From Eledone cirrhosa (lineage: Eukaryota), in NCBI GenBank assembly GCA_964016885.1, contig OZ024757.1, positions 3,348,001 to 3,412,000 on the forward strand: a stretch of 64,000 nt of DNA. The letters are read 5' to 3'. Shown piece by piece: positions 15,001 to 30,000 of this stretch. The notes beneath the pieces were generated by a model. It was not told the origin of the DNA. It did no database searches and saw only the letters and a program-made list of their open reading frames with translations. The position numbers and the translations under genes are program-made. The stretch's first letter is position 1, and the number at the start of each line of letters is the position of its first letter.

Positions 15001-18000
15001 TCAGAGATTATTTCCAGAGACATTCTAACCACATGACCATAGTATCAGAGCTGTGATCTTTCAATTCAGAGATTCTTTCCAGAGACATTCTAACCACATA
15101 TCTGTAGTATCAGAGCTGTGATCTCTCAATTCAGAGATCCTTTCCTGAGACATTCTAACCACATATCTGTAGTATCAGAGCTGTGATCACTCAATTCAGA
15201 GATTCTTTTCTCAGACATTCTAACCACATGTCTATAGTATCAGAGCTGTGATCTCTCAATTCAGAGATTCTTTTCAGAGACATTCTAACCACATGTCTGT
15301 AGTATCAAAGCTGTGATATCCCAATTCAGAGATTCTTTCCTGAGACATTCCCGCCACCAATCTGTAGTATCAGCATTGTGATCTCTCAATTCAGAGATTC
15401 TTTTCTCAGACATTCTAACCACATTTCTATAGTATCAGAGCTGTGATATCTCAATTTAGAGATTCTTTCCAGAGGCATTCTAAGCACATGTCTATAGCAT
15501 CAGAGCTGTGATCTCTCAATTCAGAGATTCTTTCTTGAGACATTCTAACCACATGTCTGTGGTATCAGAGCTGTGATCTCTCAATTCAGAGATTCTTTCC
15601 TGAGACATTCTAACTACATGTCTGTAGTATCAGAGCTGTAATCTCTCAATTCAGAGATTCTTTCCTGAGACATTCTAACCACATGTCTATATTATCAGAG
15701 CTGTGATCTCTCAATTCAGAGATTCTTTCCTGAGACATTCTAACCACATGCCTGTAGTATCAGAGGTGTGATCTCTCCATTCAGAGATTCTTTTCTGAGA
15801 CATTCTAACTACATGTCTGTAGTATCAGAGCTGTGATCTCTCCATTCAGAGATTCTTTCCTGAGACATTCTAACCACATGTCTATAGTATAACAGCTGTG
15901 ATCTCTCAATTAAGAGATTCTTTCCTGAGACATTCTAACCACATGTCTATAGTATCAGAGTTGTGATCTCTCAATTCAGAGATTCTTTCCTGAGACATTC
16001 TAACCACATGCCTGTAGAATCAGAGGTGTGATCTCTCAATTTAGAGATTCTTTCCTGAGACATTCTAACTACATGTCTGTAGTATCAGAGCTGTAATCTC
16101 TTAATTCAGAGATTCTTTCCAGAGACATTCTAACCACATGTCTGTAGTATCAGATCTGTGATCTCTCAATTCAGAGATTCTTTCCTGAGACATTCTAACC
16201 ACATGTCTATAGTATCAGAGCTGTGATCTCTCAATTCAGAGACTCTTTCCTGAGACATTCTAACCACATATCTGTAGTATCAAAGCTGTGATCACTCAAT
16301 TCAGAGATTCTTTCCTCAGACATTCTAACCACATTACTATAGTATCAGAGCCTTGATCTTTCAATTCAGAGTTTCTCTTCAGAGACATTCTAACCACATG
16401 TCTGTCGTATCAGCGCTGTGATATCCGAATTCAGAGATTCTTTCCTAGGACTTTCTAAGCAGATGCCTGTAATATCAGAGCTGTGATCTCTCAATCCAGA
16501 AATTCTTTCCAGAGACATTCTAACCACATGACTGTGGTATCAGAGGTGTGATCTCTCAATTCAGAGATTCTTTCCAGAGGCATTCTAAGCACATGTCTAT
16601 AGCATCAGAGCTGTGATCTCTCAATTCAGAGATTCTTTCTTGAGACATTCTAACCACATGTCTGTGGTATCAGAGCTGTGATCTCTCAATTCAGAGATTC
16701 TTTCCTGAGACATTCTAACTACATGTCTGTAGTATCAGAGCTGTAATCTCTCAATTCAGAGATTCTTTCCTGAGACATTCTAACCACATATCTGTAGTAT
16801 CAGAGGTGTGATCACTCAATTCAGAGATTCTTTTCTCAGACATTCTAACCACATGTCTATAGTATCAGAGCTGTGATCTCTCAATTCAGAGATTCTTTTC
16901 AGAGACATTCTAACCACATGTCTGTAGTATCAAAGCTGTGATATCCCAATTCAGAGATTCTTTCCTGAGACATTCCCGCCACCAATCTGTTTGTATCAGT
17001 GTTGTGATCTCTCAATTCAGAGATTCTTTTCTCAGACATTCTAACCACATTTCTATTGTATCAGAGCTGTGATATCTCAATTTAGAGATTCTTTGCTGAG
17101 GCATTCTAAACACATGTCTATAGCATCAGATCTGTGATCTCTCAATTCAGAGATTCTTTCTTGAGACATTCTAACCACATGTCTGTGGTATCAGAGCTGT
17201 GATCTCTCAATTCAGAGATTCTTTCCTGAGACATTCTAACCATATGTCTATAGTATCAGAGCTGTGATCTCTCAATTCAGAGATTCTTTCCTGAGACATT
17301 CTAACCACATGCCTGTTGTATCAGAGGTGTGATCTCTCAATTCAGAGATTCTTTCCTCAGACATTCTAACCACATGTCTATAGTATCAGAACCTTGATCT
17401 TTCAATTCAGAGTTTCTCTTCAGAGACATTCTAACCACATGTCTGTCGTATCAGCGCTGTGATATCCGAATTCAGAGATTCTTTCCTAGGACTTTCTAAG
17501 CAGATGCCTGTAATATCAGAGCTGTGATCTCTCAATCCAGAAATTCTTTCCAGAGACATTCTAACCACATTACTGTGGTATCAGAGGTGTGATCTCTCAA
17601 TTCAGAGATTCTTTCCTGAGACATTCTAACTACATGTCTGTAGTATCAGAGCTGTGATCTCTCCATTCAGAGATTCTTTCCTGAGACATTCTAACCACAT
17701 GTCTATAGTATCAGAGCTGTGATCTCTCAATTCAGAGATTTTTTCCTGAGACATTCTAACCACATGCCTGTAGTATCAGAGGTGTGATCTCTCAATTCAG
17801 AGATTCTTTCCTGAGACATTCTAACTCACATGTCTGTAGTATCATAGCTGTAATCTCTTAGTTCCGAGATTATTTCCAGAGACATTCTAACCACATGACC
17901 ATAGTATCAGAGCTGTGATCTTTCAATTCAGAGATTCTTTCCTGAGACATTCTAACCACATATCTGTAGTATCAGAGCTGTGATCACTCAATTCAAAGAT

Positions 18001-21000
18001 TCTTTTCTCAGACATTCTAAACACATGTCTATAGTATCAGAGCTATGATCTCTCAATTCAGAGATTCTTTTCAGAGACATTCTAACCACATGTCTGTAGT
18101 ATCAAAGCTGTGATATCCCAATTCAGAGATTCTTTCCTGAGACATTCCCGCCACCAATCTGTAGTATCAGCGTTGTGATCTCTCAATTCAGAGATTCTTT
18201 TCTCAGACATTCTAACCACATTTCTATAGTATCAGAGCTGTGATATCTCAATTTAGAGATTCTTTCCAGAGGCATTCTAAGCACATGTCTATAGCATCAG
18301 AGCTGTGATCTCTCAATTCAGAGATTCTTTCTTGAGACATTCTAACCACATGTCTGTGGTATCAGAGCTGTGATCTCTCAATTCAGAGATTCTTTCCTGA
18401 GACATTCTAACTACATGTCTGTAGTATCAGAGCTGTAATCTCTCAATTCAGAGATTCTTTCCTGAGACATTCTAACCACATGTCTATATTATCAGAGCTG
18501 TGATCTCTCAATTCAGAGATTCTTTCCTGAGACATTCTAACCACATGCCTGTAGTATCAGAGGTGTGATCTCTCCATTCAGAGATTCTTTTCTGAGACAT
18601 TCTAACCACATGTCTATAGTATCAGAGCTGTGATCTCTCAATTAAGAGATTCTTTCCTGAGACATTCTAACCACATGTCTATAGTATCAGAGTTGTGATC
18701 TCTCAATTCAGAGATTCTTTCCTGAGACATTCTAACCACATGCCTGTAGAATCAGAGGTGTGATCTCTCAATTTAGAGATTCTTTCCTGAGACATTCTAA
18801 CTACAACATCTGTAGTATCAGAGCTGTAATCTCTTAATTCAGAGATTCTTTCCAGAGACATTCTAACCACATGTCTGTAGTATCAGATCTGTGATCTCTC
18901 AATTCAGAGATTCTTTCCTGAGACATTCTAACCACATGTCTATAGTATCAGAGCTGTGAGCTCTCAATTCAGAGATTCTTTCCTGAGACATTCTAACCAC
19001 ATATCTGTAGTATCAGAGGTGTGATCACTCAATTCAGAGATTCTTTTCTCAGACATTCTAACCACATGTCTATAGTATCAGAGCTCTGATCTCTCAATTC
19101 AGAGATTCTTTTCAGAGACATTCTAACCACATGTCTGTAGTATCAAAGCTGTGATATCCCAATTCAAAGATTCTTTCCTGAGACATTCCCGCCACCAATC
19201 TGTTTGTATCAGTGTTGTGATCTCTCAATTCAGAGATTCTTTTCTCAGACATTCTAACCACATTTCTATTGTATCAGAGCTGTGATCTCTCAATTCAGAG
19301 ATTCTTTCTTGAGACATTCTAACCACATGTCTGTGGTATCAGAGCTGTGATCTCTCAATTCAGAGATTCTTTCCTGAGACATTCTAACCACATGTCTATA
19401 GTATCAGAGCTGTGATCTCTCAATTCAGAGATTCTTTCCTGAGACATTCTAACCACATGCCTGTAGTATCAGAGGTGTGATCTCTCAATTCAGAGATTCT
19501 TTCCTGAGACATTCTAACTACATGTCTGTAGTATCAGAGCTGTGAACTCTCCATTCAGAGATTCTTTCCTGAGACGTTCTAACCACATATCTGTAGTATC
19601 AAAGCTGTGATCACTCAATTCAGAGATTCTTTCCTCAGACATTCTAACCACATGTCTATAGTATCAGAGCCTTGATCTTTCAATTCAGAGTTTCTCTTCA
19701 GAGACATTCTAACCACATGTCTGTCGTATCAGCGCTGTGATATCCGAATTCAGAGATTCTTTCCTAGGACTTTCTAAGCAGATGCCTGTAATATCAGAGC
19801 TGTGATCTCTCAATCCAGTAATTCTTTCCAGAGACATTCTAACCACATGACTGTGGTATCAGAGGTGTGATCTCTCATTTCAGAGATTCTTTCCAGAGGC
19901 ATTCTAAGCACATGTCTATAGCATCAGAGCTGTGATCTCTCAATTCAGAGATTCTGTCTTGAGACATTCTAACCACATGTCTGTGGTATCAGAGCTGTGA
20001 TCTCTCAATTCAGAGATTCTTTCCTGAGACATTCTAACTACATGTCTGTAGTATCAGAGCTGTAATCTCTCAATTCAGAGATTCTTTCCTGAGACATTCT
20101 AACCACATGTCTATATTATCAGAGCTGTGATCTCTCAATTCAGAGATTCTTTCCTGAGACATTCTAACCACATGCCTGTAGTATCAGAGGTGTGATCTCT
20201 ACATTCAGAGATTCTTTCCTGAGACATTCTAACTACATGTCTGTAGTATCAGAGCTGTGATCTCTCCATTCAGAGATTCTTTCCTGACACATTCTAACCA
20301 CATGTCTATAGTATCAGAGCTGTGATCTCTCAATTAAGAGATTCTTTCCTGAGACATTCTAACCACATGTCTATATTATCAGAGCTGTGATCTCTCAATT
20401 CAGAGATTCTTTCCTGAGACATTCTAACCACATGCCTGTAGTATCAGAGGTGTGATCTCTCCATTCAGAGATTCTTTTCTGAGACATTCTAACTACATGT
20501 CTGTAGTATCAGAGCTGTGATCTCTCCATTCAGAGATTCTTTCCTGAGACATTCTAACCACATGTCTATAGTATAACAGCTGTGATCTCTCAATTAAGAG
20601 ATTCTTTCCTGAGACATTCTAACCACATGTCTATAGTATCAGAGTTGTGATCTCTCAATTCAGAGATTCTTTCCTGAGACATTCTAACCACATGCCTGTA
20701 GAATCAGAGGTGTGATCTCTCAATTTAGAGATTCTTTCCTGAGACATTCTAACTACATGTCTGTAGTATCAGAGCTGTAATCTCTTAATTCAGAGATTCT
20801 TTCCAGAGACATTCTAACCACATGTCTGTAGTATCAGATCTGTGATCTCTCAATTCAGAGATTCTTTCCTGAGACATTCTAACCACATGTCTATAGTATC
20901 AGAGCTGTGATCTCTCAATTCAGAGACTCTTTCCTGAGACATTCTAACCACATATCTGTAGTATCAAAGCTGTGATCACTCAATTCAGAGATTCTTTCCT

Positions 21001-24000
21001 CAGACATTCTAACCACATTACTATAGTATCAGAGCCTTGATCTTTCAATTCAGAGTTTCTCTTCAGAGACATTCTAACCACATGTCTGTCGTATCAGCGC
21101 TGTGATATCCGAATTCAGAGATTCTTTCCTAGGACTTTCTAAGCAGATGCCTGTAATATCAGAGCTGTGATCTCTCAATCCAGAAATTCTTTCCAGAGAC
21201 ATTCTAACCACATGACTGTGGTATCAGAGGTGTGATCTCTCAATTCAGAGATTCTTTCCAGAGGCATTCTAAGCACATGTCTATAGCATCAGAGCTGTGA
21301 TCTCTCAATTCAGAGATTCTTTCTTGAGACATTCTAACCACATGTCTGTGGTATCAGAGCTGTGATCTCTCAATTCAGAGATTCTTTCCTGAGACATTCT
21401 AACTACATGTCTGTAGTATCAGAGCTGTAATCTCTCAATTCAGAGATTCTTTCCTGAGACATTCTAACCACATATCTGTAGTATCAGAGGTGTGATCACT
21501 CAATTCAGAGATTCTTTTCTCAGACATTCTAACCACATGTCTATAGTATCAGAGCTGTGATCTCTCAATTCAGAGATTCTTTTCAGAGACATTCTAACCA
21601 CATGTCTGTAGTATCAAATCTGTGATATCCCAATTCAGAGATTCTTTCCTGAGACATTCCCGCCACCAATCTGTTTGTATCAGTGTTGTGATCTCTCAAT
21701 TCAGAGATTCTTTTCTCAGACATTCTAACCACATTTCTATTGTATCAGAGCTGTGATATCTCAATTTAGAGATTCTTTGCTGAGGCATTCTAAACACATG
21801 TCTATAGCATCAGATCTGTGATCTCTCAATTCAGAGATTCTTTCTTGAGACATTCTAACCACATGTCTGTGGTATCAGAGCTGTGATCTCTCAATTCAGA
21901 GATTCTTTCCTGAGACATTCTAACCATATGTCTATAGTATCAGAGCTGTGATCTCTCAATTCAGAGATTCTTTCCTGAGACATTCTAACCACATGCCTGT
22001 TGTATCAGAGGTGTGATCTCTCAATTCAGAGATTCTTTCCTCAGACATTCTAACCACATGTCTATAGTATCAGAGCCTTGATCTTTCAATTCAGAGTTTC
22101 TCTTCAGAGACATTCTAACCACATGTCTGTCGTATCAGCGCTGTGATATCCGAATTCAGAGATTCTTTCCTAGGACTTTCTAAGCAGATGCCTGTAATAT
22201 CAGAGCTGTGATCTCTCAATCCAGAAATTCTTTCCAGAGACATTCTAACCACATTACTGTGGTATCAGAGGTGTGATCTCTCAATTCAGAGATTCTTTCC
22301 TGAGACATTCTAACTACATGTCTGTAGTATCAGAGCTGTGATCTCTCCATTCAGAGATTCTTTCCTGAGACATTCTAACCACATGTCTATAGTATCAGAG
22401 CTGTGATCTCTCAATTCAGAGATTTTTTCCTGAGACATTCTAACCACATGCCTGTAGTATCAGAGGTGTGATCTCTCAATTCAGAGATTCTTTCCTGAGA
22501 CATTCTAACTCACATGTCTGTAGTATCATAGCTGTAATCTCTTAGTTCCGAGATTATTTCCAGAGACATTCTAACCACATGACCATAGTATCAGAGCTGT
22601 GATCTTTCAATTCAGAGATTCTTTCCTGAGACATTCTAACCACATATCTGTAGTATCAGAGCTGTGATCACTCAATTCAGAGATTCTTTTCTCAGACATT
22701 CTAACCACATGTCTATAGTATCAGAGCTATGATCTCTCAATTCAGAGATTCTTTTCAGAGACATTCTAACCACATGTCTGTAGTATCAAAGCTGTGATAT
22801 CCCAATTCAGAGATTCTTTCCTGAGACATTCCCGCCACCAATCTGTAGTATCAGCGTTGTGATCTCTCAATTCAGAGATTCTTTTCTCAGACATTCTAAC
22901 CACATTTCTATAGTATCAGAGCTGTGATATCTCAATTTAGAGATTCTTTCCAGAGGCATTCTAAGCACATGTCTATAGCATCAGAGCTGTGATCTCTCAA
23001 TTCAGAGATTCTTTCTTGAGACATTCTAACCACATGTCTGTGGTATCAGAGCTGTGATCTCTCAATTCAGAGATTCTTTCCTGAGACATTCTAACTACAT
23101 GTCTGTAGTATCAGAGCTGTAATCTCTCAATTCAGAGATTCTTTCCTGAGACATTCTAACCACATGTCTATATTATCAGAGCTGTGATCTCTCAATTCAG
23201 AGATTCTTTCCTGAGACATTCTAACCACATGCCTGTAGTATCAGAGGTGTGATCTCTCCATTCAGAGATTCTTTTCTGAGACATTCTAACCACATGTCTA
23301 TAGTATCAGAGCTGTGATCTCTCAATTAAGAGATTCTTTCCTGAGACATTCTAACCACATGTCTATAGTATCAGAGTTGTGATCTCTCAATTCAGAGATT
23401 CTTTCCTGAGACATTCTAACCACATGCCTGTAGAATCAGAGGTGTGATCTCTCAATTTAGAGATTCTTTCCTGAGACATTCTAACTACAACATCTGTAGT
23501 ATCAGAGCTGTAATCTCTTAATTCAGAGATTCTTTCCAGAGACATTCTAACCACATGTCTGTAGTATCAGATCTGTGATCTCTCAATTCAGAGATTCTTT
23601 CCTGAGACATTCTAACCACATGTCTATAGTATCAGAGCTGTGAGCTCTCAATTCAGAGATTCTTTCCTGAGACATTCTAACCACATATCTGTAGTATCAG
23701 AGGTGTGATCACTCAATTCAGAGATTCTTTTCTCAGACATTCTAACCACATGTCTATAGTATCAGAGCTCTGATCTCTCAATTCAGAGATTCTTTTCAGA
23801 GACATTCTAACCACATGTCTGTAGTATCAAAGCTGTGATATCCCAATTCAAAGATTCTTTCCTGAGACATTCCCGCCACCAATCTGTTTGTATCAGTGTT
23901 GTGATCTCTCAATTCAGAGATTCTTTTCTCAGACATTCTAACCACATTTCTATTGTATCAGAGCTGTGATATCTCAATTTAGAGATTCTTTCCTGAGGCA

Positions 24001-27000
24001 TTCTAACCACATGTCTATAGCATCAGAGCTGTGATCTCTCAATTCAGAGATTCTTTCTTGAGACATTCTAACCACATGTCTGTGGTATCAGAGCTGTGAT
24101 CTCTCAATTCAGAGATTCTTTCCTGAGACATTCTAACCACATGTCTATAGTATCAGAGCTGTGATCTCTCAATTCAGAGATTCTTTCCTGAGACATTCTA
24201 ACCACATGCCTGTAGTATCAGAGGTGTGATCTCTCAATTCAGAGATTCTTTCCTGAGACATTCTAACTACATGTCTGTAGTATCAGAGCTGTGAACTCTC
24301 CATTCAGAGATTCTTTCCTGAGACATTCTAACCACATGTCTATAGTATCAGAGCTGTGATCTCTCAATTCAGAGATTCTTTCCTGAGACATTCTAACCAC
24401 ATGTCTATAGTATCAGAGCTGTGATCTCTCAATTCAGAGATTCTTTCCTGAGACGTTCTAACCACATATCTGTAGTATCAAAGCTGTGATCACTCAATTC
24501 AGAGATTCTTTCCTCAGACATTCTAACCACATGTCTATAGTATCAGAGCCTTGATCTTTCAATTCAGAGTTTCTCTTCAGAGACATTCTAACCACATGTC
24601 TGTCGTATCAGCGCTGTGATATCCGAATTCAGAGATTCTTTCCTAGGACTTTCTAAGCAGATGCCTGTAATATCAGAGCTGTGATCTCTCAATCCAGTAA
24701 TTCTTTCCAGAGACATTCTAACCACATGACTGTGGTATCAGAGGTGTGATCTCTCATTTCAGAGATTCTTTCCAGAGGCATTCTAAGCACATGTCTATAG
24801 CATCAGAGCTGTGATCTCTCAATTCAGAGATTCTGTCTTGAGACATTCTAACCACATGTCTGTGGTATCAGAGCTGTGATCTCTCAATTCAGAGATTCTT
24901 TCCTGAGACATTCTAACTACATGTCTGTAGTATCAGAGCTGTAATCTCTCAATTCAGAGATTCTTTCCTGAGACATTCTAACCACATGTCTATATTATCA
25001 GAGCTGTGATCTCTCAATTCAGAGATTCTTTCCTGAGACATTCTAACCACATGCCTGTAGTATCAGAGGTGTGATCTCTACATTCAGAGATTCTTTCCTG
25101 AGACATTCTAACTACATGTCTGTAGTATCAGAGCTGTGATCTCTCCATTCAGAGATTCTTTCCTGACACATTCTAACCACAAGTCTATAGTATCAGAGCT
25201 GTGATCTCTCAATTAAGAGATTCTTTCCTGAGACATTCTAACCACATGTCTATAGTATCAGAGCTGTGATCTCTCAATTCAGAGATTCTTTCCTGAGACA
25301 TTCTAACCACATGCCTGTAGAATCAGAGGTGTGATCTCTCAATTTAGAGATTCTTTCCTGAGACATTCTAACTACATGTCTGTAGTATCAGAGCTGTAAT
25401 CTCTTAATTCAGAGATTCTTTCCAGAGACATTCTAACCACATGTCTGTAGTATCAGATCTGTGATCTCTCAATTCAGAGATTCTTTCCTGAGACATTCTA
25501 ACCACATGTCTATAGTATCAGAGCTGTGATCTCTCAATTCAGAGATTCTTTCCTGAGACATTCTAACCACATATCTGTAGTATCAGAGGTGTGATCACTC
25601 AATTCAGAGATTCTTTTCTCAGACATTCTAACCACATGTCTATAGTATCAGAGCTGTGATCTCTCAATTCAGAGATTCATTCAGAGACATTCTAACCACA
25701 TGTCTGTAGTATCAAAGCTGTGATATCCCAATTCAGAGATTCTTTCCTGAGACATTCCCGCCACCAATCTGTTTGTATCAGTGTTGTGATCTCTCAATTC
25801 AGAGATTCTTTTCTCAGACATTCTAACCACATTTCTATTGTATCAGAGCTGTGATATCTCAATTTAGAGATTCTTTCCTGAGGCATTCTAACCACATGTC
25901 TATAGCATCAGAGCTGTGATCTCTCAATTCAGAGATTCTTTCTTGAGACATTCTAACCACATGTCTGTGGTATCAGAGCTGTGATCTCTCAATTCAGAGA
26001 TTCTTTCCTGAGACATTCTAACCACATGCCTGTAGTATCAGAGGTGTGATCTCTCAATTCAGAGATTCTTTCCTGAGACATTCTAACTCCATGTCTGTAG
26101 TATCAGAGCTGTGATCTCTCCATTCAGAGATTCTTTCCTGAGACATTCTAACCACATGTCTATAGTATCAGAGCTGTGATCTCTCAATTCAGAGATTCTT
26201 TCCTGAGACATTCTAACCACATGTCTATAGTATCAGAGCTGTGATCTCTCAATTCAGAGATTCTTTCCTGAGACATTCTAACCACATATCTGTAGTATCA
26301 AAGCTGTGATCACTCAATTCAGAGATTCTTTCCTCAGACATTCTAACCACATGTCTATAGTATCAGAGCCTTGATCTTCCAATTCAGAGTTTCTCTTCAG
26401 AGACATTCTAACCACATGTCTGTCGTATCAGCGCTGTGATATCCGAATTCAGAGATTCTTTCCTAGGACTTTCTAAGCAGATGCCTGTAATATCAGAGCT
26501 GTGATCTCTCAATCCAGAAATTCTTTCCAGAGACATTCTAACCACATGACTGTGGTATCAGAGGTGTGATCTCTCAATTCAGAGATTCTTTCCTGAGACA
26601 TTCTAACTACATGTCTGTAGTATCAGAGCTGTGATCTCTCCATTCAGAGATTCTTTCCTGAGACATTCTAACCACATGTCTATAGTATCAGAGCTGTGAT
26701 CTCTCAATTCAGAGATTCTTTCCTGAGACATTCTAACCACATGTCTATAGTATCAGAGCTGTGATCTCTCAATTCAGAGATTTTTTCCTGAGACATTCTA
26801 ACCACATGCCTGTAGTATCAGAGGTGTGATCTCTCAATTCAGAGATTCTTTCCTGAGACATTCTAACTCACATGTCTGTAGTATCATAGCTGTAATCTCT
26901 TAATTCAGAGATTATTTCCAGAGACATTCTAACCACATGACCATAGTATCAGAGCTGTGATCTTTCAATTCAGAGATTCTTTCCAGAGACATTCTAACCA

Positions 27001-30000
27001 CATATCTGTAGTATCAGAGCTGTGATCCCTCAATTCAGAGATTCTTTCCTGAGACATTCTAACCACATATCTGTAGTATCAGAGCTGTGATCACTCAATT
27101 CAGAGATTCTTTTCGCAGATATTCTAACCACATGTCTATATTATCAGAGCTGTGATCTCTCAATTCAGAGATTCTTTTCAGAGACATTCTAACCACATGT
27201 CTTTAGTATCAAAGCTGTGATATCCCAATTCAGAGATTCTTTCCTCAGACATTCTAACCAGATGTCTGTAGTATCAGAGCTGTGATCTCTCAATCCAGAG
27301 ATTCTTTCCAGAGACATTCTAACCACATGACTGTGGTATCAGAACTGTGATCTCTCAATTCCGAGATTTTTTCCAGAGACATTCTAACCACATGTCTATA
27401 GTATCAGAGCTGTGATCTCTCCAATCAGAGATTATTTCCTGAGACATTCTAACCACATGTCTGTAGTATCAGATCTGTGATCTCTCAATTCAGAGATTCT
27501 TTCCTGAGACATTCTAAGCACATGTCTATAGTATCAGAGCTGTGATCTCTCAATTCAGAGATTCTTTCCTGAGACATTCTAACCACATATCTCTAGTATC
27601 AGAGCTGTGATCACTCAATTTAGAGATTCTTTTCTCAGACATTCTAACCACATGTCTATAGTATCAGAGCTGTGATCTCTCAATTCAGAGATTCTTTTCA
27701 GAGACATTCTAACCACATGTATGTAGTATCAAAGCTGTGATATCCCAATTCAGAGATTCTTTCCTGAGACATTCCCGCCACCAATCTGTAGTATCAGCGT
27801 TGTGATCTCTCAATTCAGAGATTCTTTTCTCAGACATTCTAACCACATTTCTATAGTATCAGAGCTGTGATATCTCAATTTAGAGATTCTTTCCAGAGGC
27901 ATTCTAAGCACATGTCTATAGCATCAGAGCTGTGATCTCCCAATTCAGAGATTCTTTCTTGAGACATTCTAACCACATGTCTGTGGTATCAGAGCTGTGA
28001 TCTCTCAATTCAGAGATTCTTTCCTGAGACATTCTAACTACATGTCTGTAGTATCAGAGCTGTAATCTCTCAATTCAGAGATTCTTTCCTGAGACGTTCT
28101 AACCACATGTCTTTATTATCAGAGCTGTGATCTCTCAATTCAGAGATTCTTTCCTGAGACATTCTAACCACATGCCTGTAGTATCAGAGGTGTGATCTCT
28201 CAATTCAGAGATTCTTTCCTGAGACATTCTAACTATATGTATGAAGTATCAGAGCTGTGATCTCTCCATTCAGAGATTCTTTTCTGAGACATTCTAACCA
28301 CATGTCTATAGTATCAGAGCTGTGATCTCTCAATTAAGAGATTCTTTCCTGAGACATTCTAACCACATGTCTATAGTATCAGAGCTGTGATCTCTCAATT
28401 CAGAGATTCTTTCCTGAGACATTCTAACCACATGCCTGTAGAATCAGAGGTGTGATCTCTCAATTTAGAGATTCTTTCCTGAGACATTCTAACTACATGT
28501 CTGTAGTATCAGAGCTGTAATCTCTTAATTCAGAGATTCTTTCCAGAGACATTCTAACCACATGACCATAGTATCAGAGCTGTGATCTCTCAATTCAGAG
28601 ATTCTTTCCAGAGACATTCTAACCACATATCTGTAGTATCAGAGCTGTGATCTCTCAATTCAGAGATTCTTTCCTGAGACATTCTAACCACATGACCATA
28701 GTATCAGAGCTGTGATCACTCAATTCAGAGATTCTTTTCGCAGACATTCTAACCACATGTCTATAGTATCAGAGCTGTGATCTCTCAATTCAGAGATTCT
28801 TTTCAGAGACATTCTAACCACATGTCTTTAGTATCAAAGCTGTGATATCCCAATTCAGAGATTCTTTCCTCAGACATTCTAACCAGATGTCTGTAGTATC
28901 AGAGCTGTGATCTCTCAATCCAGAGATTCTTTCCAGAGACATTCTAACCACATGTCTATAGTATCAGAGCTGTGATCTCTCCATTCAGAGATTCTTTCCT
29001 AAGACATTCTAACCACATGTCTGTAGTATCAGAGCTGTGATCTCTCAATTCAGAGATTCTTTCCTGAGACATTCTAACCACATGTCTGTAGTATCAGAGC
29101 TGTGATCTCTCAACTCAGAGATTCTTTCTTGAGACATTCTAACCACATGTCTATAGTATTTAGAGCCGTGATCTCTCAATTCAGAGATTCTTTCCTGTGA
29201 CATTCCCGCCACCAATCTGTAGTATCATCGTTGTGATCTCTCAATTCAGAGATTCTTTTCTCAGACATTCTAACCACATTTCTATAGTTTCAGAGCTGTG
29301 ATATCTCAATTCAGAGATTCTTTTCTGAGACATTCTAACCACATGTCTGTATTATAAAAGCTGTGATCTCTCAATTTAGAGATTCATTCCTGAGACATTC
29401 TAACCACATGTCTTCAGTATTAGAGCTATGATGTCTCAATCCAGAGATTCTTTCCTGAGACATTCTAACCACATATCTATAGTATTAGAGCTGTGATCTC
29501 TCAATTCAAAGATTCTTTCCAGAGATATTCTTACCACATGTCTGTAGTATCAGAGCTGTGATCTCTCAATTCAGAGATTCTTTCCTGAGACATTCTAACC
29601 ACATGTCTGTAGTATCAGAGGTGTGATCTCTCAATTCAGAGATACTTTCCTGAGACATTCTAACCACATGTCTTTAGTATCAGATGTGTGATCTCTCAAT
29701 TCAGAGATTCTTTCCTGAGACATCCTAACCACATGTCAGTAGTATCAGAGCTGTGATCTCTCAATTCAGAGATTCTTTCCTGAGACATTCTAACCACATG
29801 ACCATAGTATCAGAGCTCTGATCCCTCAATTCAGAGAATCCTTCCAGAGACATTCTAATCACATGTCTATAGTATCAGAGCTGTGATCTCTCCAGTCAGA
29901 GATTCTTTCCTGAGACATTCTAACCACATGTCTATAGTATCAGAGCTGTTATCTCTCAATTCAGAGATTCTTTCCTGAGACATTCTAACCACATATCTGT

